From the IMG/VR virus record IMGVR_UViG_3300017989_000052: 64,000 nt of DNA; one strand, written 5' to 3'. The notes below the pieces were generated by a model. That model saw only the letters and a program-made list of their open reading frames with translations, searched no databases and had not been told where the DNA came from. This DNA is from a virus (taxonomy: Duplodnaviria; Heunggongvirae; Uroviricota; Caudoviricetes). Both the position numbers and the translations under genes were made by a program. Positions 1-9,965 of the stretch are shown here, one piece after another; position 1 is the stretch's first letter; every line of letters starts with the position of its first letter.

Positions 1-1
1 T

Positions 2-499
2 GGAGTTTACGCAGGATCGTTTGACCCCATCACAAAAGGGCACCTTGCTTTAATTTCAGTAGGTTCATCTCTGTTTGATGAGCTTATTGTTTTAGTTGCG
101 AATAACCCTAAGAAAAAATACTTATTCTCTACTACCCAACGCTTACTCCTCGTTAAAGACGCTATTAAGGAAATACAAGAACATATCTTAACAAATGTCC
201 GGGTCGAGTTGATGGAAGTTGGGTCAACTGCACGACATGCGAAGGCATTGGGGGCAAACTTCTTATTACGAGGGATGCGCAACGGTAAAGATTTTGAGGA
301 GGAGCGAGAGATAGATTTTATCAATAGGAAGCTTAACCCGGACCTTCAAACAATTTATCTTTTCACTTCGAAGGATCTTGGGGAAATCAGTTCTAGCTCT
401 GTAAAAGCATTGATGTCCATTTCTGCTCGTGACGTTGTCGAAGAAATGGTAACGAGAAATGTATATAGAGCGCTCTTGGGGGAATTTGAATGTCAATAG
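2..499 (+). CDS. coaD: phosphopantetheine adenylyltransferase (CoaD-like), 5' end just outside window
   Basis: Frame-2 translation GVYAGSFDPITKGHLALI...KKYLFS...FLLRGMRNGKDFEEE...SSVKAL matches the CoaD nucleotidyltransferase motifs (GxFDPxTxGH, KKP-F, RG-R-DFE-E); continues into ORF 209..499. Confidence 0.7.
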   Translation, partial: GVYAGSFDPITKGHLALISVGSSLFDELIVLVANNPKKKYLFSTTQRLLLVKDAIKEIQEHILTNVRVELMEVGSTARHAKALGANFLLRGMRNGKDFEEEREIDFINRKLNPDLQTIYLFTSKDLGEISSSSVKALMSISARDVVEEMVTRNVYRALLGEFECQ

Positions 500-1110
500 C
501 ACTTTTTGGGGGTGCCTTTAACCCTGTAACGCTAGGACATCTCCAAACCGCGAAATTCATTCTAGAGCACTGCCCTAGCATCAGCGAAGTCTGGTTAACC
601 CCTTGTTATAAACACCAATATGGAAAGGGCCTAGCCCCAGATAACCAAAGACTTGAGATGCTCACTTTAGCAACCGCGGAGGAAAAGCATATACAAGTCT
701 TTGATTACGAAATCGCTTATACCTTGCCGGGGGATACCTATACCTTTTTATCCCGGCTTCTCGTTGATCGGGCCTATGGGGAATTCCAATTTTATATGGC
801 AATTGGAATGGATAATGCTGCTACCTTTGCTCGATGGTATAGGGCGGAGGAGGTAAAGAAATTAGTTCCTTTCATAATTCTGCCACGAAAGGGGTATGAA
901 GCCCCACAAAATCCTTGGTATAAGCATGGAGAAGGGAACTTCCACTTAGACTTAACTCGAAAACCCCATCCGCCTATGGAAGTTTCTTCAACACAGGTAA
1001 GAGAAGCTATCGCTAAGCAAGATATCTCATATCTTAAAACCTCGTTGGACTTTAAGGTATTGGATTATATTATAACAAATAAACTTTATGGGCATAACGA
1101 TGGAATTTGA
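490..1110 (+). CDS. nadD: nicotinate/nicotinamide mononucleotide adenylyltransferase (NadD-like)
   Basis: MSIALFGGAFNPVTLGHL (H/TxGH motif), SSTQVREAI (SxTxIR) and the overall NadD layout; 4-nt overlap with the upstream gene. Confidence 0.75.
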   Translation: MSIALFGGAFNPVTLGHLQTAKFILEHCPSISEVWLTPCYKHQYGKGLAPDNQRLEMLTLATAEEKHIQVFDYEIAYTLPGDTYTFLSRLLVDRAYGEFQFYMAIGMDNAATFARWYRAEEVKKLVPFIILPRKGYEAPQNPWYKHGEGNFHLDLTRKPHPPMEVSSTQVREAIAKQDISYLKTSLDFKVLDYIITNKLYGHNDGI

Positions 1111-1532
1111 TTTTTCAATTAGTTTTAGCGATGAAAAAATTCAAGAGGAAATCGCTTGGAACCTTTCAGAAGCCGCGTCCCTTGACGTCTATGAGGGAAA
1201 AACTCTTCCAGAAAAAAACAGATAAGGTTATAGGAGAAATACGTAAAATGCGTAAAATGCTCTACACGTTAGGACATACTAAAAGCTATCTCCAATATTT
1301 TGAAGAAGATTCGCAACCAATGAAAAAAGGAAGGGATCTCTCAGAAAATTATCCTGGAGGATCCGTTTGGAAAACATTTAAAGAAGCGGAAGCCCATGCT
1401 AAACTGGATCCTGATTTTAGCGTCTTCGGTGTTGATGCTGATTGGGAAAAAGATACAGAACCATCTAAAGAAAAGGATGCTAACTGGAACGATCTTCTAT
1501 TTAATAAACCACTTATTAAATTAGAAATTTAA
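1107..1532 (+). CDS. hypothetical protein; likely member of the LLTH-VR motif family, with the motif after an in-frame TAA (1533-1598)
   Basis: ORF track; immediately after the TAA (1530-1532) the same frame reads MIEKYLTHSNLEVRKVIKKS before a TAG. Confidence 0.4.
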   Translation: MIFQLVLAMKKFKRKSLGTFQKPRPLTSMREKLFQKKTDKVIGEIRKMRKMLYTLGHTKSYLQYFEEDSQPMKKGRDLSENYPGGSVWKTFKEAEAHAKLDPDFSVFGVDADWEKDTEPSKEKDANWNDLLFNKPLIKLEI

Positions 1533-1620
1533 ATGATTGAAAAATATTTAACGCATTCAAATCTAGAAGTACGAAAAGTTATTAAAAAATCCTAGAGGAA
1601 GATAGACCAGTGAACCTATA

Positions 1621-2874
1621 ATGTCCGAGTTTCGAAAGGTATCCCTACCCAAAGGAAGAACTGAGATGAAGTCAACACACAAAGCATTTGTCGAGCCAAT
1701 TATTCTAAAGGAGCATCCCAATGCGGATTCCCTTTCGCTTGTAACAATTAAGGAAGTCTGGAATGTAGTTGTTCGGACTGAAGATTGGCAAGGGGTTGAC
1801 CGGGGGGTTTTCATCCAGCCGGATACCCTAGTTCCTGACACAGACCATTTTTCATTCCTCTTCAAAAAAACTTACCGTCTAAAGTCTGATAAAAATACGA
1901 GGGTTGCCGCAAGAACAATAGAAGAAGCTTTAGAGCTCCTAACAGAACAAGGGATTACTGTAACGGAGAAAGACCTTGAGACAGTTCTCTCAAATTCTCG
2001 TTATACAATGATGCCTGACGGGACCTCTATAAAAAGGGAAGATGGCGCATACGCGCGTGTCACTGTTAAAAAATTCAGAGGAATTAAATCTTTTGGGCTC
2101 CTGGTTCCAGCCCCAGAAGGAGCCGAGATCGGGGATAATTTAGCAGAGGAGCTCGGGCTCCAACATTACGAAGCCGCAATTAGCGCAGTAGGGGGAGAAA
2201 GCGAACGGGGACCCTCAGGTGTAACAGCTCCAAAATATGACGTTGACGCACTAAAGAATAACATCAAAGCTTTTGAAGAAGGGGAATTAGTTTCGATTTC
2301 TGAAAAAATTCACGGAACTAACGCTCGGTTCTTTTATGGGAAAGACTCTGATGAAGTGGAGAGGATGTTTTGCTCTTCTCATTATCATTGGAAAAAGGAT
2401 TCTCCCGCTTCTGTTTGGTGGCGAGCCCTCCGAGCACACCCCGAAGTTGAGCAATTTTGTAAAGAGAATCCTGACGTCGTAGTCTATGGGGAAGTCTACG
2501 GCAACCCGGTTCAAGGTTCTTACGATTATGGTCTTGACGACGCAGCCGTTGGTATCTTTGTCTTTGATCTTTTCCGGCTTCCAAAAGAAGGGGAGCCTCA
2601 AGGGCATTGGATCGATGTAAAGGAAGCCAGGGCAATTGGAAAAGATCTTCCTTGGGTTCCTTTGATCGCCCATGACGTCCCGTTTGACATGGAAAAAATC
2701 CTAGAGATGGCAGAAGGAAAGTCTACCGTTTCAGGAGTTCGGAAGGGGCATATCCGGGAAGGCGTTGTTGTTCGGCCAATGAAAGAGAGATCGATTACAG
2801 AATTAGGGCGGGTTTGTCTCAAAGTTGTTGGCTTCGGCTACTATGAGAAAAAACATAAAAAGAGAAACAAATGA
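1621..2874 (+). CDS. RNA ligase, Rnl2-type nucleotidyltransferase with N-terminal tRNA-binding-like OB domain
   Basis: Motif I EKIHGTN (as in T4 Rnl2), downstream VYGEVYG and GVVVRP ligase motifs; N-terminus carries KEHPNADSLSLVTI, which resembles the HPNADKL signature of Myf/CsaA/EMAP tRNA-binding domains. Confidence 0.65.
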   Translation: MSEFRKVSLPKGRTEMKSTHKAFVEPIILKEHPNADSLSLVTIKEVWNVVVRTEDWQGVDRGVFIQPDTLVPDTDHFSFLFKKTYRLKSDKNTRVAARTIEEALELLTEQGITVTEKDLETVLSNSRYTMMPDGTSIKREDGAYARVTVKKFRGIKSFGLLVPAPEGAEIGDNLAEELGLQHYEAAISAVGGESERGPSGVTAPKYDVDALKNNIKAFEEGELVSISEKIHGTNARFFYGKDSDEVERMFCSSHYHWKKDSPASVWWRALRAHPEVEQFCKENPDVVVYGEVYGNPVQGSYDYGLDDAAVGIFVFDLFRLPKEGEPQGHWIDVKEARAIGKDLPWVPLIAHDVPFDMEKILEMAEGKSTVSGVRKGHIREGVVVRPMKERSITELGRVCLKVVGFGYYEKKHKKRNK

Positions 2875-3188
2875 ATCTAGAATACCTCCTGGGTTTTGAT
2901 GACCTTGAGGAGAATCGTTTCTATTACATCGTCGTAAACAAGGATTCTCTTAAGAATGGTATTCCAAATTTGTTAACCCATAAGAATGAGAAAATCCGGT
3001 GGTGGGTGAAAGTAGAACATAACAAAGTTAACTTCTCGGGGGAGTGGCAACGTCTCTATAAAGAAAAACAGCTTCGGGTTATTTTTGTCGGACACACCCC
3101 TGAGAACGAGAAATCTTTTCAACAGAAGATTACCGATTGTCTCCTTTTGCGGGTACTAAAAGATATGACCGATCGTCTTGAGGCTTAG
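2871..3188 (+). CDS. hypothetical protein, LLTH-x-VR motif family
   Basis: NLLTHKNEKIRWW motif; ORF track. Confidence 0.4.
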   Translation: MNLEYLLGFDDLEENRFYYIVVNKDSLKNGIPNLLTHKNEKIRWWVKVEHNKVNFSGEWQRLYKEKQLRVIFVGHTPENEKSFQQKITDCLLLRVLKDMTDRLEA

Positions 3189-3289
3189 AAATGTAATAGA
3201 TAATCGCGATTAATTCTCATACCCTGGCCTTTCTTCCCCGACGCAAAAGGGTATAAAAAGAAAGGTTTTTTGGTATGAAGGATTAAAAG

Positions 3290-4306
3290 ATGGAAATTAA
3301 ATTCAAGGTAACAGAAAAAGATATTGGGGGTCTGTTACAGAAAGTTTTTGCGAGTAGGAAACCCAAAATACTTCGTTACTGGCGGCTTGAGAGCGAATCG
3401 CAATTTTTGATCCGGAACAATAAAATAATCGCTTCCTTCCCTTTAGCTTGTCAAGTGAATGAAAACTATTACATCTTTAAGCCTTTCCGGGTCATTTTAA
3501 GCGAGCCAGATTACCTTCCCCAAGATGCTACCTACGACAAATCGAAAAGGTCTATAAACCTGGCCCAGTTTTTAACGACAAAGGATGAGGTCGTTCGCAA
3601 AACTGCCCGATACGCTTTAAATAACCCTCCGATAACAGTTGATTGTAAATATGAAAGCCAGTATTTCCATAACGCCGCAGAGATTAAAAAGGCGATTTCG
3701 GGCTTTAGCGGGATTACAGTTAGGAAGAAACAAAAGCGGCGAGCGTTGTCCGACTTTAGAACAATTACTCTGAATTTTAGAAACAGGGTCTTTCTAAAGA
3801 TTAATGTTGATATTAAGAGCACAACAAAGCAAGAACTTTTACAAAGGGTAAAGGAAACAAAAGAAAAAGCAGAGAAAATCTATCCGGTACTTTTGAACAA
3901 AGATGTTCTATTTGAAGAATCCCAGGTAAATGAGGGCCATTATTGGTATGACCTGGCTCCAACTTATTTTTCAAAAGAAGCTGAGATTAAAGGGGTTACA
4001 CGAACAATAAGAACTTCTGTTTTCTTTGATTGTTATGAAATTGTTTTAGATGATATAGCGGGTATCGAATTTCTTTTACACCTACATGATTTAGTTCTAC
4101 CAACACTTCAAGCTTTCTTTAAAAACCAGAAGCAAGAATTTACTCTTCTTCTTGGGAAGGAAGATCTTAGGGTCTCAGCAGTTGACCTTAAAACGCGTAT
4201 TGTCCTGGGAACCTCTATTATAGATATATCCCAACCCGCAGACCTTGTTATCCAGGAATTGGAAGATCGCCTAAACGATTTAGAAACCGCATCTCTCCCG
4301 GTTTAA
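3290..4306 (+). CDS. hypothetical protein
   Basis: 338-aa ORF, coding-like composition, no motif recognised. Confidence 0.35.
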   Translation: MEIKFKVTEKDIGGLLQKVFASRKPKILRYWRLESESQFLIRNNKIIASFPLACQVNENYYIFKPFRVILSEPDYLPQDATYDKSKRSINLAQFLTTKDEVVRKTARYALNNPPITVDCKYESQYFHNAAEIKKAISGFSGITVRKKQKRRALSDFRTITLNFRNRVFLKINVDIKSTTKQELLQRVKETKEKAEKIYPVLLNKDVLFEESQVNEGHYWYDLAPTYFSKEAEIKGVTRTIRTSVFFDCYEIVLDDIAGIEFLLHLHDLVLPTLQAFFKNQKQEFTLLLGKEDLRVSAVDLKTRIVLGTSIIDISQPADLVIQELEDRLNDLETASLPV

Positions 4307-5419
4307 TTCAGGAACGTGTGCTTCCTTGTTATTCAGAATTGCATAGAGGCGAGAGAGTGGAACTTCATCCTCTATTTCAATTTCTTTATTATACCCGCGT
4401 TTCTTTAGCCATGCCTCTGCTTCTTCTGGGGAAAACTTTTCGAATTTTAATCTCTGTAGAGCACGTCCATCCCGAAGAAACGCAGAATCAATATCATCGA
4501 TATCATCATTTGTGGTAATAAGAAACATACACGAAAGCCCTTGGCCCAAGATCCCGTCTGTAAAGTTTAAGAGGCGGGCCATTCCATAAGTTTCATGGGA
4601 TCCACGAGCTTCCTGTAAAACTGTTCTTGGGCTATCCTCAAGAATAATTAGATTTCCCTTCTTCTCCTCTGGGGGGCCTTTTTCCGAAGGCATGGGCATT
4701 AAGCCCCCCGTTTCATTTTCTAGCAAAACCTCTTGGAGATACATTGGGTCCTTAAAAAATGCTTCTGGATCTATAATAACGTGGGGAGTTACTTTCTTTC
4801 GCCATTCCTGAAGTAGTGCCCGCAAACAATAAGTCTTGCCTGTTCCTGGGGCTCCCATCCAGAAAATCATTTTTCCAACATCCCATGGAGTTTTTAAACC
4901 AAGGAGATGTTTTATCTCAGGCTCGACTGCTGGATAATTTGCACTAATCTCATCGAAAATGGGGCATTGGATCTTCCGGGTGTAGTATGTCGCACCATTT
5001 CTTCCACGGAACCAAAACTTAACATTAATAGTATCCGCGTCATTATTAACTTCATACTTTTCAAGTAGCTTTTTAACCTCAGTGGAAACCTTAAAAAGTA
5101 ATTGCTTGTCTTCGCTGCTTATCTGGATACCAAAACCCATTTTACCACAGTCTAAGAAAAAACAAAACTTTTTATTTTCAATTTTTGTTTCCGCCATTTC
5201 ATAAAAGGGGAGATCATCTTCAAAGCATAGAAAATGAATTTTATGATCGTAGTTGTATCTATCTTTTAAGAATTGAAAAATATCATCATAGTCTTTATTC
5301 TTAAATTCGCCCCTAACGTCAATTCTATTATGGAAACAAACTTTTGGGTTATCGATATAGAATTGTTTTCTGAAAACGTCGGTGAAATCTCCGTTTGCCG
5401 GTAACACTCTTGTTCTCAT
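4280..5419 (-). CDS. AAA+ ATPase
   Basis: Walker A GAPGTGKT, Walker B LIILEDS, sensor-1 ITTND and arginine-finger region SAFLRDGRA. Confidence 0.6.
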   Translation of the reverse strand: MRTRVLPANGDFTDVFRKQFYIDNPKVCFHNRIDVRGEFKNKDYDDIFQFLKDRYNYDHKIHFLCFEDDLPFYEMAETKIENKKFCFFLDCGKMGFGIQISSEDKQLLFKVSTEVKKLLEKYEVNNDADTINVKFWFRGRNGATYYTRKIQCPIFDEISANYPAVEPEIKHLLGLKTPWDVGKMIFWMGAPGTGKTYCLRALLQEWRKKVTPHVIIDPEAFFKDPMYLQEVLLENETGGLMPMPSEKGPPEEKKGNLIILEDSPRTVLQEARGSHETYGMARLLNFTDGILGQGLSCMFLITTNDDIDDIDSAFLRDGRALQRLKFEKFSPEEAEAWLKKRGYNKEIEIEDEVPLSRLYAILNNKEAHVPELNRERCGF

Positions 5420-5522
5420 GGTTAAAACTCCTTTTTAATCTATTCTATTTATTATTACTTAGGAGATCCCTCGTAGAACTAAAAAATTCAACCATATATT
5501 AAATTAAGCTCGCCGGGTACCT

Positions 5523-6584
5523 ATGGAGTACCGCATTCCATCCATGTTAAGGAGAAACCAAATGCGCATCGAACGTTGGACTGTTAAGGTTGTTGAGGAG
5601 CTGGAAGTTTTTGTCATGGTGCAGGATCGGGTCAAAGGAACTACCGACGAGAAGTGGATGACCCATATCGAATTCCGAGCATACGCCGGACTCCCCGAAG
5701 ACCACAAAATACAGGAGAGGGAATCTCATACTATTAACGAAGAGATGCTCGAGAAGGGCGAGCGTGTCCTTAACGATGAGGAAAACGAAAGGGTCAAGGC
5801 GAGAAGAGAGGTTGAGAAGCTTCCCAAAGAAGCAATTGAGGCCTACCGAAACCTTTTCCGGGATTGCCGAGATGCCCACGATATCAAAGATACTTATGAG
5901 TCGGAGGCGTTTGCGGAACTTGTTAAGGAATATCCCCCATTCGGCGGATACAAGGACGTGCATCTTGAAGAGCTTGCTGATGACCTAAAGAAGGTTCGCC
6001 GTACCTTCGCAGATGACTTTGACCGCATACAAGTGGCATTGCTGCAAAAAGGAATTTCCGGAACGGCACGGAAAGCCCTAATTGATAATTTACGGCACTC
6101 TTGGACTCACCCCAGCATAAAAGATGCGGTTCTGGTGTATCCGGAGCTAACAGAACTCCTAGAACTCTTTGTCGCGGTGTTGGAAGATCCAGCGAAGCAG
6201 AAGGAAAATAAATGTGAGTGTGATTGTGGAGATGATGGGGAATGCCAAGAAGATTGTGCTTGCGCCGAAAAAGACAGCGCGCCGCAACCAAAGGATTTCT
6301 ACTTTGCCACAAGGGAAAAGGACCAGAAACTTTTTATTACGTGGCGCCAGTATTTCCAAGACAACGAAAAGCCCGCTGAAGATGAGAACTTCGGGTATCC
6401 CGAAGACAAAGGGGATGTGATGGAGGCTCTAATTGATGAGCTGCATTTCCCCTTTAGCCTAACAATCGCAGGAGATGGCGTTTTTAAATGGGAAAAAGCC
6501 ACAGAAGAGGAAGTCCGGGACTTTTTCCTGAAAGCAGGATTTATCCAGCAGAAGGACTTCGATGACAGGTGTGTTGAAGCCTAA
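5523..6584 (+). CDS. acidic hypothetical protein with Cys cluster (CECDCGDDGECQEDCAC)
   Basis: 353-aa D/E-rich ORF with a central Cys cluster. Confidence 0.4.
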   Translation: MEYRIPSMLRRNQMRIERWTVKVVEELEVFVMVQDRVKGTTDEKWMTHIEFRAYAGLPEDHKIQERESHTINEEMLEKGERVLNDEENERVKARREVEKLPKEAIEAYRNLFRDCRDAHDIKDTYESEAFAELVKEYPPFGGYKDVHLEELADDLKKVRRTFADDFDRIQVALLQKGISGTARKALIDNLRHSWTHPSIKDAVLVYPELTELLELFVAVLEDPAKQKENKCECDCGDDGECQEDCACAEKDSAPQPKDFYFATREKDQKLFITWRQYFQDNEKPAEDENFGYPEDKGDVMEALIDELHFPFSLTIAGDGVFKWEKATEEEVRDFFLKAGFIQQKDFDDRCVEA

Positions 6585-6661
6585 CCAACCATGCAGTGGG
6601 TTAAAAACCACTGCATTCTTTATGCAGTTGCATGGTCTGTGCTTAGACGAAGGACAAACGA

Positions 6662-7564
6662 ATGAGCTTCCAAATCAAGAACCACGTTGCTTCCGTTATC
6701 GAAGACAAGGATTTTTACGAGTTCCTTGTTATAAAATTGCTCCGAGAAAGGGTTCACTACGATAAAAGTAAAGGCCATATGATCCAACTTTATGGTGTAA
6801 AGATTTCAAACTTTAATTTTGAAGTTAGGAATATCTTTCACCCCCGGATTATTTCTTATCTCTTAACATTTGATATTTCAAATATCGCTTATAAAATCAA
6901 AGCAGCATCCCGCAAAGATTTTAGGGAAGTCTATGTTCCCGAAATCAAATTAAAAGTAAGTTTCTCTATTGGGTTTGACGAGGAAGAGAAAACTCTTTCT
7001 TATAAGGAAATTGATTATTTTAGCGCAGAAAACCCAAGGAATACCGGGGCTAGTTGGGGTTTTGGACGATACGGGAGACAGAAAAAGGCAATTAAACCAC
7101 TTAAAATTGATAGGAAAGCTGCTTTGACCGATAACGATGTCGGGAAAAGAGTGGTAGCGAAGAAACTAACATCGGCTGATATGCTTTACGAGCTAGTTTT
7201 CACGCGGGAACACACTATCAAAAAGAAGGAAGACTGGATTGTCTTTAATCAAAGAATTTTAGAAGAAATCAACGCCGATTTCCCAGAAGGGAAAATATTG
7301 ACCCCGGAACAAGCGGAAAAAAATAATAGACATTATATGGGCCACTCCCCAGCTACCTTTATTTTCCAGAACAAGGGCAGAATTGTAGCAGAGATTAAAT
7401 GCTATACGTTCAAGGGCATGCTAACGATCAAATTTAATTCCTATATGTCCGATACGAAAGCACATAACTTATATCTTTCCATGTTCGAGCCAAAGCAGGA
7501 AATGCAGCAAGCCGTTAGGAAATTCTACAAAACTCTCATAATTCCCCGGGTTATGGAAGCATAG
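6662..7564 (+). CDS. hypothetical protein
   Basis: 300-aa ORF. Confidence 0.4.
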   Translation: MSFQIKNHVASVIEDKDFYEFLVIKLLRERVHYDKSKGHMIQLYGVKISNFNFEVRNIFHPRIISYLLTFDISNIAYKIKAASRKDFREVYVPEIKLKVSFSIGFDEEEKTLSYKEIDYFSAENPRNTGASWGFGRYGRQKKAIKPLKIDRKAALTDNDVGKRVVAKKLTSADMLYELVFTREHTIKKKEDWIVFNQRILEEINADFPEGKILTPEQAEKNNRHYMGHSPATFIFQNKGRIVAEIKCYTFKGMLTIKFNSYMSDTKAHNLYLSMFEPKQEMQQAVRKFYKTLIIPRVMEA

Positions 7565-7789
7565 GGAAAAAGGGGAAAAGCAGGAACTTATTTTAAGGAA
7601 GGGAACTAAGATGTCTCGGGGTACAGGGCCACGCCAAATCCAAAACGGCTCGCCCCAAAAACTAAATAAGAAGTATAAAGAATAAGCAATAACTCACTTT
7701 ATAACAAAGGAAAATATAATGTTACAAAAATCCCCACCACGACAAAAGCGAACACATAACCTTGGGTTTGGCCGTGTTTCGTTCTTGCC

Positions 7790-8179
7790 GTGGAGGACCT
7801 AATGAATTTTAATTTCTTGGTACCAAAAGCCCAGAAGCTTTTAACAAAGAATGTCGAGAGCCGTTATCAGCATTTTACTTTTCTTCTGGGCAAGGGAAAT
7901 AAAGTTGTTTGTGTGGGGTGGAACCAAAAAACAACCCACCCAATTGCGGATGCGTATGGGTACGAAAGAAGTATTCATTCTGAAGTTCACTGTATACTAA
8001 AATCAAGACATTTTATTGGAGCAGAGCTTCGAAAATATACAATGGTAAATGTTTTGCTTAGAAAGAAACGAATAAAGATTAGCAAACCCTGCCCCCTTTG
8101 TCAGAACTTTTTACAAGATTTTATGCCTAAAGCCATTTACTACTCTTTGGAGGGTGGCGGTTGGGGGAGATTTAACTAA
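7790..8179 (+). CDS. cytidine/deoxycytidylate deaminase-fold zinc deaminase (tentative)
   Basis: HSEVHC (H-x-E) followed by PCPLC (PCxxC): the CDA-fold zinc ligand arrangement. Confidence 0.45.
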   Translation: MEDLMNFNFLVPKAQKLLTKNVESRYQHFTFLLGKGNKVVCVGWNQKTTHPIADAYGYERSIHSEVHCILKSRHFIGAELRKYTMVNVLLRKKRIKISKPCPLCQNFLQDFMPKAIYYSLEGGGWGRFN

Positions 8180-8604
8180 TGCAAGGAAAACTTGATTTAG
8201 CTAAAACGGTTGCTGCGGAAGAGGATGCCCTCTTACAAACAATATTAAAATTGATTTTGTATACTGATGTTGAAGTTGAGCGATTTTCCTTATTAGGTAA
8301 TGGGAAATTTAGCTTCTTCTTAAAGACGAAAGCGGTCGTACTTCATTTTTCTCGAATTGAAGACGATAAATTCAAGATTAAAATAACTACTTCTTCCGGG
8401 ATTACCCGAACGATACTATCAAGTGCGAATGATGTAATTCCAAAACTAAAATCCGTTCTAAACGAAATTAAGCAAACCAAAAATTCTTTCCAATGCCAGA
8501 TATGCGATTGCCCCACAGTTACAATAAAATCGAAAGAAAAATATTATGAGGTAAAATGCCTACATTGTGAACATGTCTGGGACCTAGCCAAAAGTCTCTC
8601 ATAG
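8179..8604 (+). CDS. hypothetical protein with C-terminal zinc ribbon
   Basis: CQICDC...CLHCEH; start overlaps the upstream stop (ATGA-type coupling). Confidence 0.35.
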   Translation: MQGKLDLAKTVAAEEDALLQTILKLILYTDVEVERFSLLGNGKFSFFLKTKAVVLHFSRIEDDKFKIKITTSSGITRTILSSANDVIPKLKSVLNEIKQTKNSFQCQICDCPTVTIKSKEKYYEVKCLHCEHVWDLAKSLS

Positions 8605-8910
8605 GAGCGATAAAATGGGACGGAAAGTAAAACGCGTACCTCTTGATTTTGATTGGCCACTAAATACCCGTTGGGATGGTTATGTGAATCCTTACGGGGA
8701 ACCCTGTGTCGATTGTAAGGGTTATGGGTATACAAGAGGATATAATTAATTGAGAAGCTCGCTCAAACCCTTTTATATGGGGCGAACACCTATGTACAAA
8801 TAAAGGAAAATCCTGAAAAACCCGTTGAAGGGGTTCGGTTTTCGTTTGACCACCATTACCGAGCGAGTGATTATATTTGCGATGATTTCGAAGTAGCTGA
8901 TAGAGGGGTT

Positions 8911-9477
8911 ATGCTTTGGAAAGGGATTTTACATAAAACTGGGAAAACTAAGGAAGAGATTTTCCAGGAAGAAGTTATGGATGATACAACCCTTGAGTTC
9001 ATCCAAGGTCTTGCCGGGGGGGACTTAAAACAAGATAGAGGAAGAATAGCACTACCCGCCGCAAAGGACGTTATCCACGTTATGTTAGTCTTTGCCAAGG
9101 CCGCCGGCATTATCGACTCCGTGGAAGAAGAGGATAAATTTACAGAGTGGGGAACATGCTCTACCTGTAAAGGAGAGGGCATTGCACCTGATTTTATCAA
9201 GGATTATGAAAGTTGGGCCCCAACGGCACCCCCAAAAGGGAAAGGGTACCAGATTTGGGAAACTGTGTCTGAAGGGTCTCCAATTTCTCCAGTTTTTGAA
9301 AAACCCGAGGACTTGGCACAATGGATGGTTTCTAACGATAGCCGGAAAGCAACTGCCGATATGACGTACGATAATTGGTTGGTTTTTATTACAAAAGGGC
9401 AGGTAGCGCCTACTGCCATTATTTGTAATGGAAAAATGACGTCGGGGACAAAAGCAGTAGCAGAGAAGAAAAAATAA
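8911..9477 (+). CDS. hypothetical protein
   Basis: 188-aa ORF; CSTCKGEG motif. Confidence 0.35.
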   Translation: MLWKGILHKTGKTKEEIFQEEVMDDTTLEFIQGLAGGDLKQDRGRIALPAAKDVIHVMLVFAKAAGIIDSVEEEDKFTEWGTCSTCKGEGIAPDFIKDYESWAPTAPPKGKGYQIWETVSEGSPISPVFEKPEDLAQWMVSNDSRKATADMTYDNWLVFITKGQVAPTAIICNGKMTSGTKAVAEKKK

Positions 9478-9491
9478 CTTTAGGTAATAGC

Positions 9492-9884
9492 ATGGCTTAC
9501 CGTGTAGTTCGCAAAGTATTGACTATTTGGGGTTGTGGCCACGGTTCATACGAGCGGGCTACCCTGAAAAAGTTTCTTAGAATATGGCTTCCGCATCCTG
9601 TTTTAGGCGATAGTCAACGGCAGCAGTTCCCTTTCCAGAGCCAAGTACGGATTTACAACGACTACATGCCGATAGCGGAATATGCTAAACTGATTAGCAT
9701 GCCAGGGGCGGAATTAGGCTCTATGATCCGTCCCCATGCTTTCTGGGTTGGTCACTTGGACATTTATCCTGAAGACGCCTCAGATTTCCGGTGCCCTAAG
9801 TGCCGGACTTCGACGATCTGTAGCATGCTACTTAAAAATCGTTTGAAGCATGAGAGCTCGCTAAAAGCAGAGGCGAAAAAATAA
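9492..9884 (+). CDS. hypothetical protein
   Basis: ORF track; CPKCRTSTIC zinc-ribbon-like C-terminus. Confidence 0.3.
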   Translation: MAYRVVRKVLTIWGCGHGSYERATLKKFLRIWLPHPVLGDSQRQQFPFQSQVRIYNDYMPIAEYAKLISMPGAELGSMIRPHAFWVGHLDIYPEDASDFRCPKCRTSTICSMLLKNRLKHESSLKAEAKK

Positions 9885-9965
9885 CATTCGTTTAATCTAG
9901 GGATTTCCCTATATATAAATATAGGGTAATTAGCAATCGCTTTTCACTTTTCCTGGGGAAAACCA

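Noticed and set aside
8625-8910. Unannotated 44-aa ORF (MGRKVKRVPLDFDWPLNTRWDGYVNPYGEPCVDCKGYGYTRGYN) and 285-nt gap upstream of gene 8911..9477, possibly a frameshifted N-terminal extension (both contain C-x-x-CKG-x-G)
   Set aside because: I could not establish a continuous frame or a slippery site by eye. Left as an unresolved small ORF.
9085-9419. ORFs 9085..9321(-), 9092..9364(+), 9204..9419(-), 8871..9200(-)
   Set aside because: Short frames nested within the better-supported plus-strand gene 8911..9477; no independent signals.
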